Shown here: positions 63,405-64,000 of the stretch, in pieces
Position numbering within the stretch: the stretch's first letter is position 1
How the letters are laid out: each line of letters opens with the position of its first letter
Assembly: GCA_023399465.1 (NCBI GenBank)
Contig: JAEWPB010000020.1
Coordinates: 22,380-86,379, forward strand
Origin: Pseudomonadota bacterium
Lineage (GTDB): Bacteria > Pseudomonadota > Alphaproteobacteria > Rhizobiales > Rhizobiaceae
DNA: 64,000 bases
Direction: 5' to 3'
Made by a program: the position numbers and the translations under genes
The notes under the pieces: model-generated
Seen by the model: the letters and a program-made list of their open reading frames with translations, nothing else
What the model was told of the DNA's origin: nothing
Database searches by the model: none

Positions 63405-63965
63405 TCAAAAACCGGCGCCGGGCATGGCGAGATACCTGAGCTCGGCCTCGGTCGACTGGCGCCCCAGCACCGCATTGCGATGCGGAAACCGGCCGAACTC
63501 GCGGATCACCATGCGGTGGCGCTCGGCGTAGCTCGTCACGTCGTCGATGCCGAGATCGGAAAACAGGACGACCGAACGGTTCTGGTCGGCCATTTCCTCG
63601 GAATGCTCGAACGGAAGATACATGAAGATGCGCTGCTGCTTCGAAAGCGCATCGTCCGCCTTGGCCGCAAGCGCAAGCCGGGCTTCCTGAAGCGCCAGCC
63701 CGTCGGTCGCGAAGGCATGCCCCGTCCCGCGGTAGATGTTGCGCGGAAACTGGTCGAGCACGATGATGGCGGCAAGCCTGCCTTCGGGCGTCGCCCGCCA
63801 TTCCTCGCTCACGCCGCGCGCCAGAGCCAGATGGGTCTCGCCAAAACGCGCCCGTACCATCTCGTCGACCTCGGGCGTGGCGTTGAAGCACTGCTCGAAC
63901 GTCAGTTCGCCAAACCAGAAATCGAGAATCTCCTTCGGGCTTCGCATATTCGCAGTCTCCTTCAT
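63405..63965 (-). CDS. DUF924-family protein
   Basis: 186 aa with ILDFWFG, LDQFPRNIYRGT and FGRFPHRNAVLGR, the characteristic DUF924 motifs. Confidence 0.8.
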   Translation of the reverse strand: MKETANMRSPKEILDFWFGELTFEQCFNATPEVDEMVRARFGETHLALARGVSEEWRATPEGRLAAIIVLDQFPRNIYRGTGHAFATDGLALQEARLALAAKADDALSKQQRIFMYLPFEHSEEMADQNRSVVLFSDLGIDDVTSYAERHRMVIREFGRFPHRNAVLGRQSTEAELRYLAMPGAGF

Positions 63966-64000
63966 GCCGTCACGGCCTGTTGTCCATCGCGGCGTAGTAA

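Noticed and set aside
63970-64000. Possible 3' end of another minus-strand gene (reading ...YYAAMDNRP-stop), whose stop lies just upstream of the DUF924 start.
   Set aside because: Only about 10 codons are visible, which is too short to support any call.

Overview
High-GC, gene-dense window that looks like an alphaproteobacterial, Rhizobiaceae-type chromosome. All calls come from reading the supplied translations and the DNA by eye. No database search was run.

Content, left to right:
1. Microoxic genes: the 5' end of fixN/ccoN with a perfect FNR/FixK box, a hemerythrin-like gene, two tandem PAS paralogs, and hemN divergent from fnrN with a second anaerobox.
2. The complete acpXL-fabZXL-fabF2XL-fabF1XL-adhA2XL-lpxXL cluster for the very-long-chain fatty acid of lipid A.
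3. A large cobalamin (B12) regulon in several operons:
- cobDCBA
- cbiD-cobK
- cbiX-cobH-cobL-cobI-cbiG/cobJ-cobM
- cbtB-cbtA-cobP-cobW-cobN-cobO
- cobQ
One cobalamin riboswitch is clear and a second is probable.
4. A betaine-type ABC transporter (binding protein and permease only) and a betaine-homocysteine methyltransferase.
5. A full corrinoid-dependent methyl-transfer module: a non-pyrrolysine MttB-family methyltransferase, a corrinoid protein, a pterin-binding methyltransferase, MTHFR with a Cys-rich partner, a RACo-type reductive activase, and several unassigned genes.
6. Regulators and miscellaneous genes: LysR, two tandem DUF1127-type small proteins, a GlxA/GbdR-like regulator, a dual-receiver response regulator, an MscK-like channel and a DUF924 protein.

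No rRNA, tRNA, CRISPR array, IS element or prophage signal was seen.

Most promising leads:
- the B12-dependent quaternary-amine demethylation module with its unassigned accessory genes, sitting next to the B12 synthesis and cobalt uptake genes
- a roughly 300-aa domain of unknown function fused to the N-terminus of CobH
- a hybrid cob/cbi pathway layout
- an orphan intrinsic terminator with a structured upstream region, suggesting an sRNA

Many long ORFs in the six-frame track are antisense shadows of real genes, typical of high-GC DNA, and were rejected.
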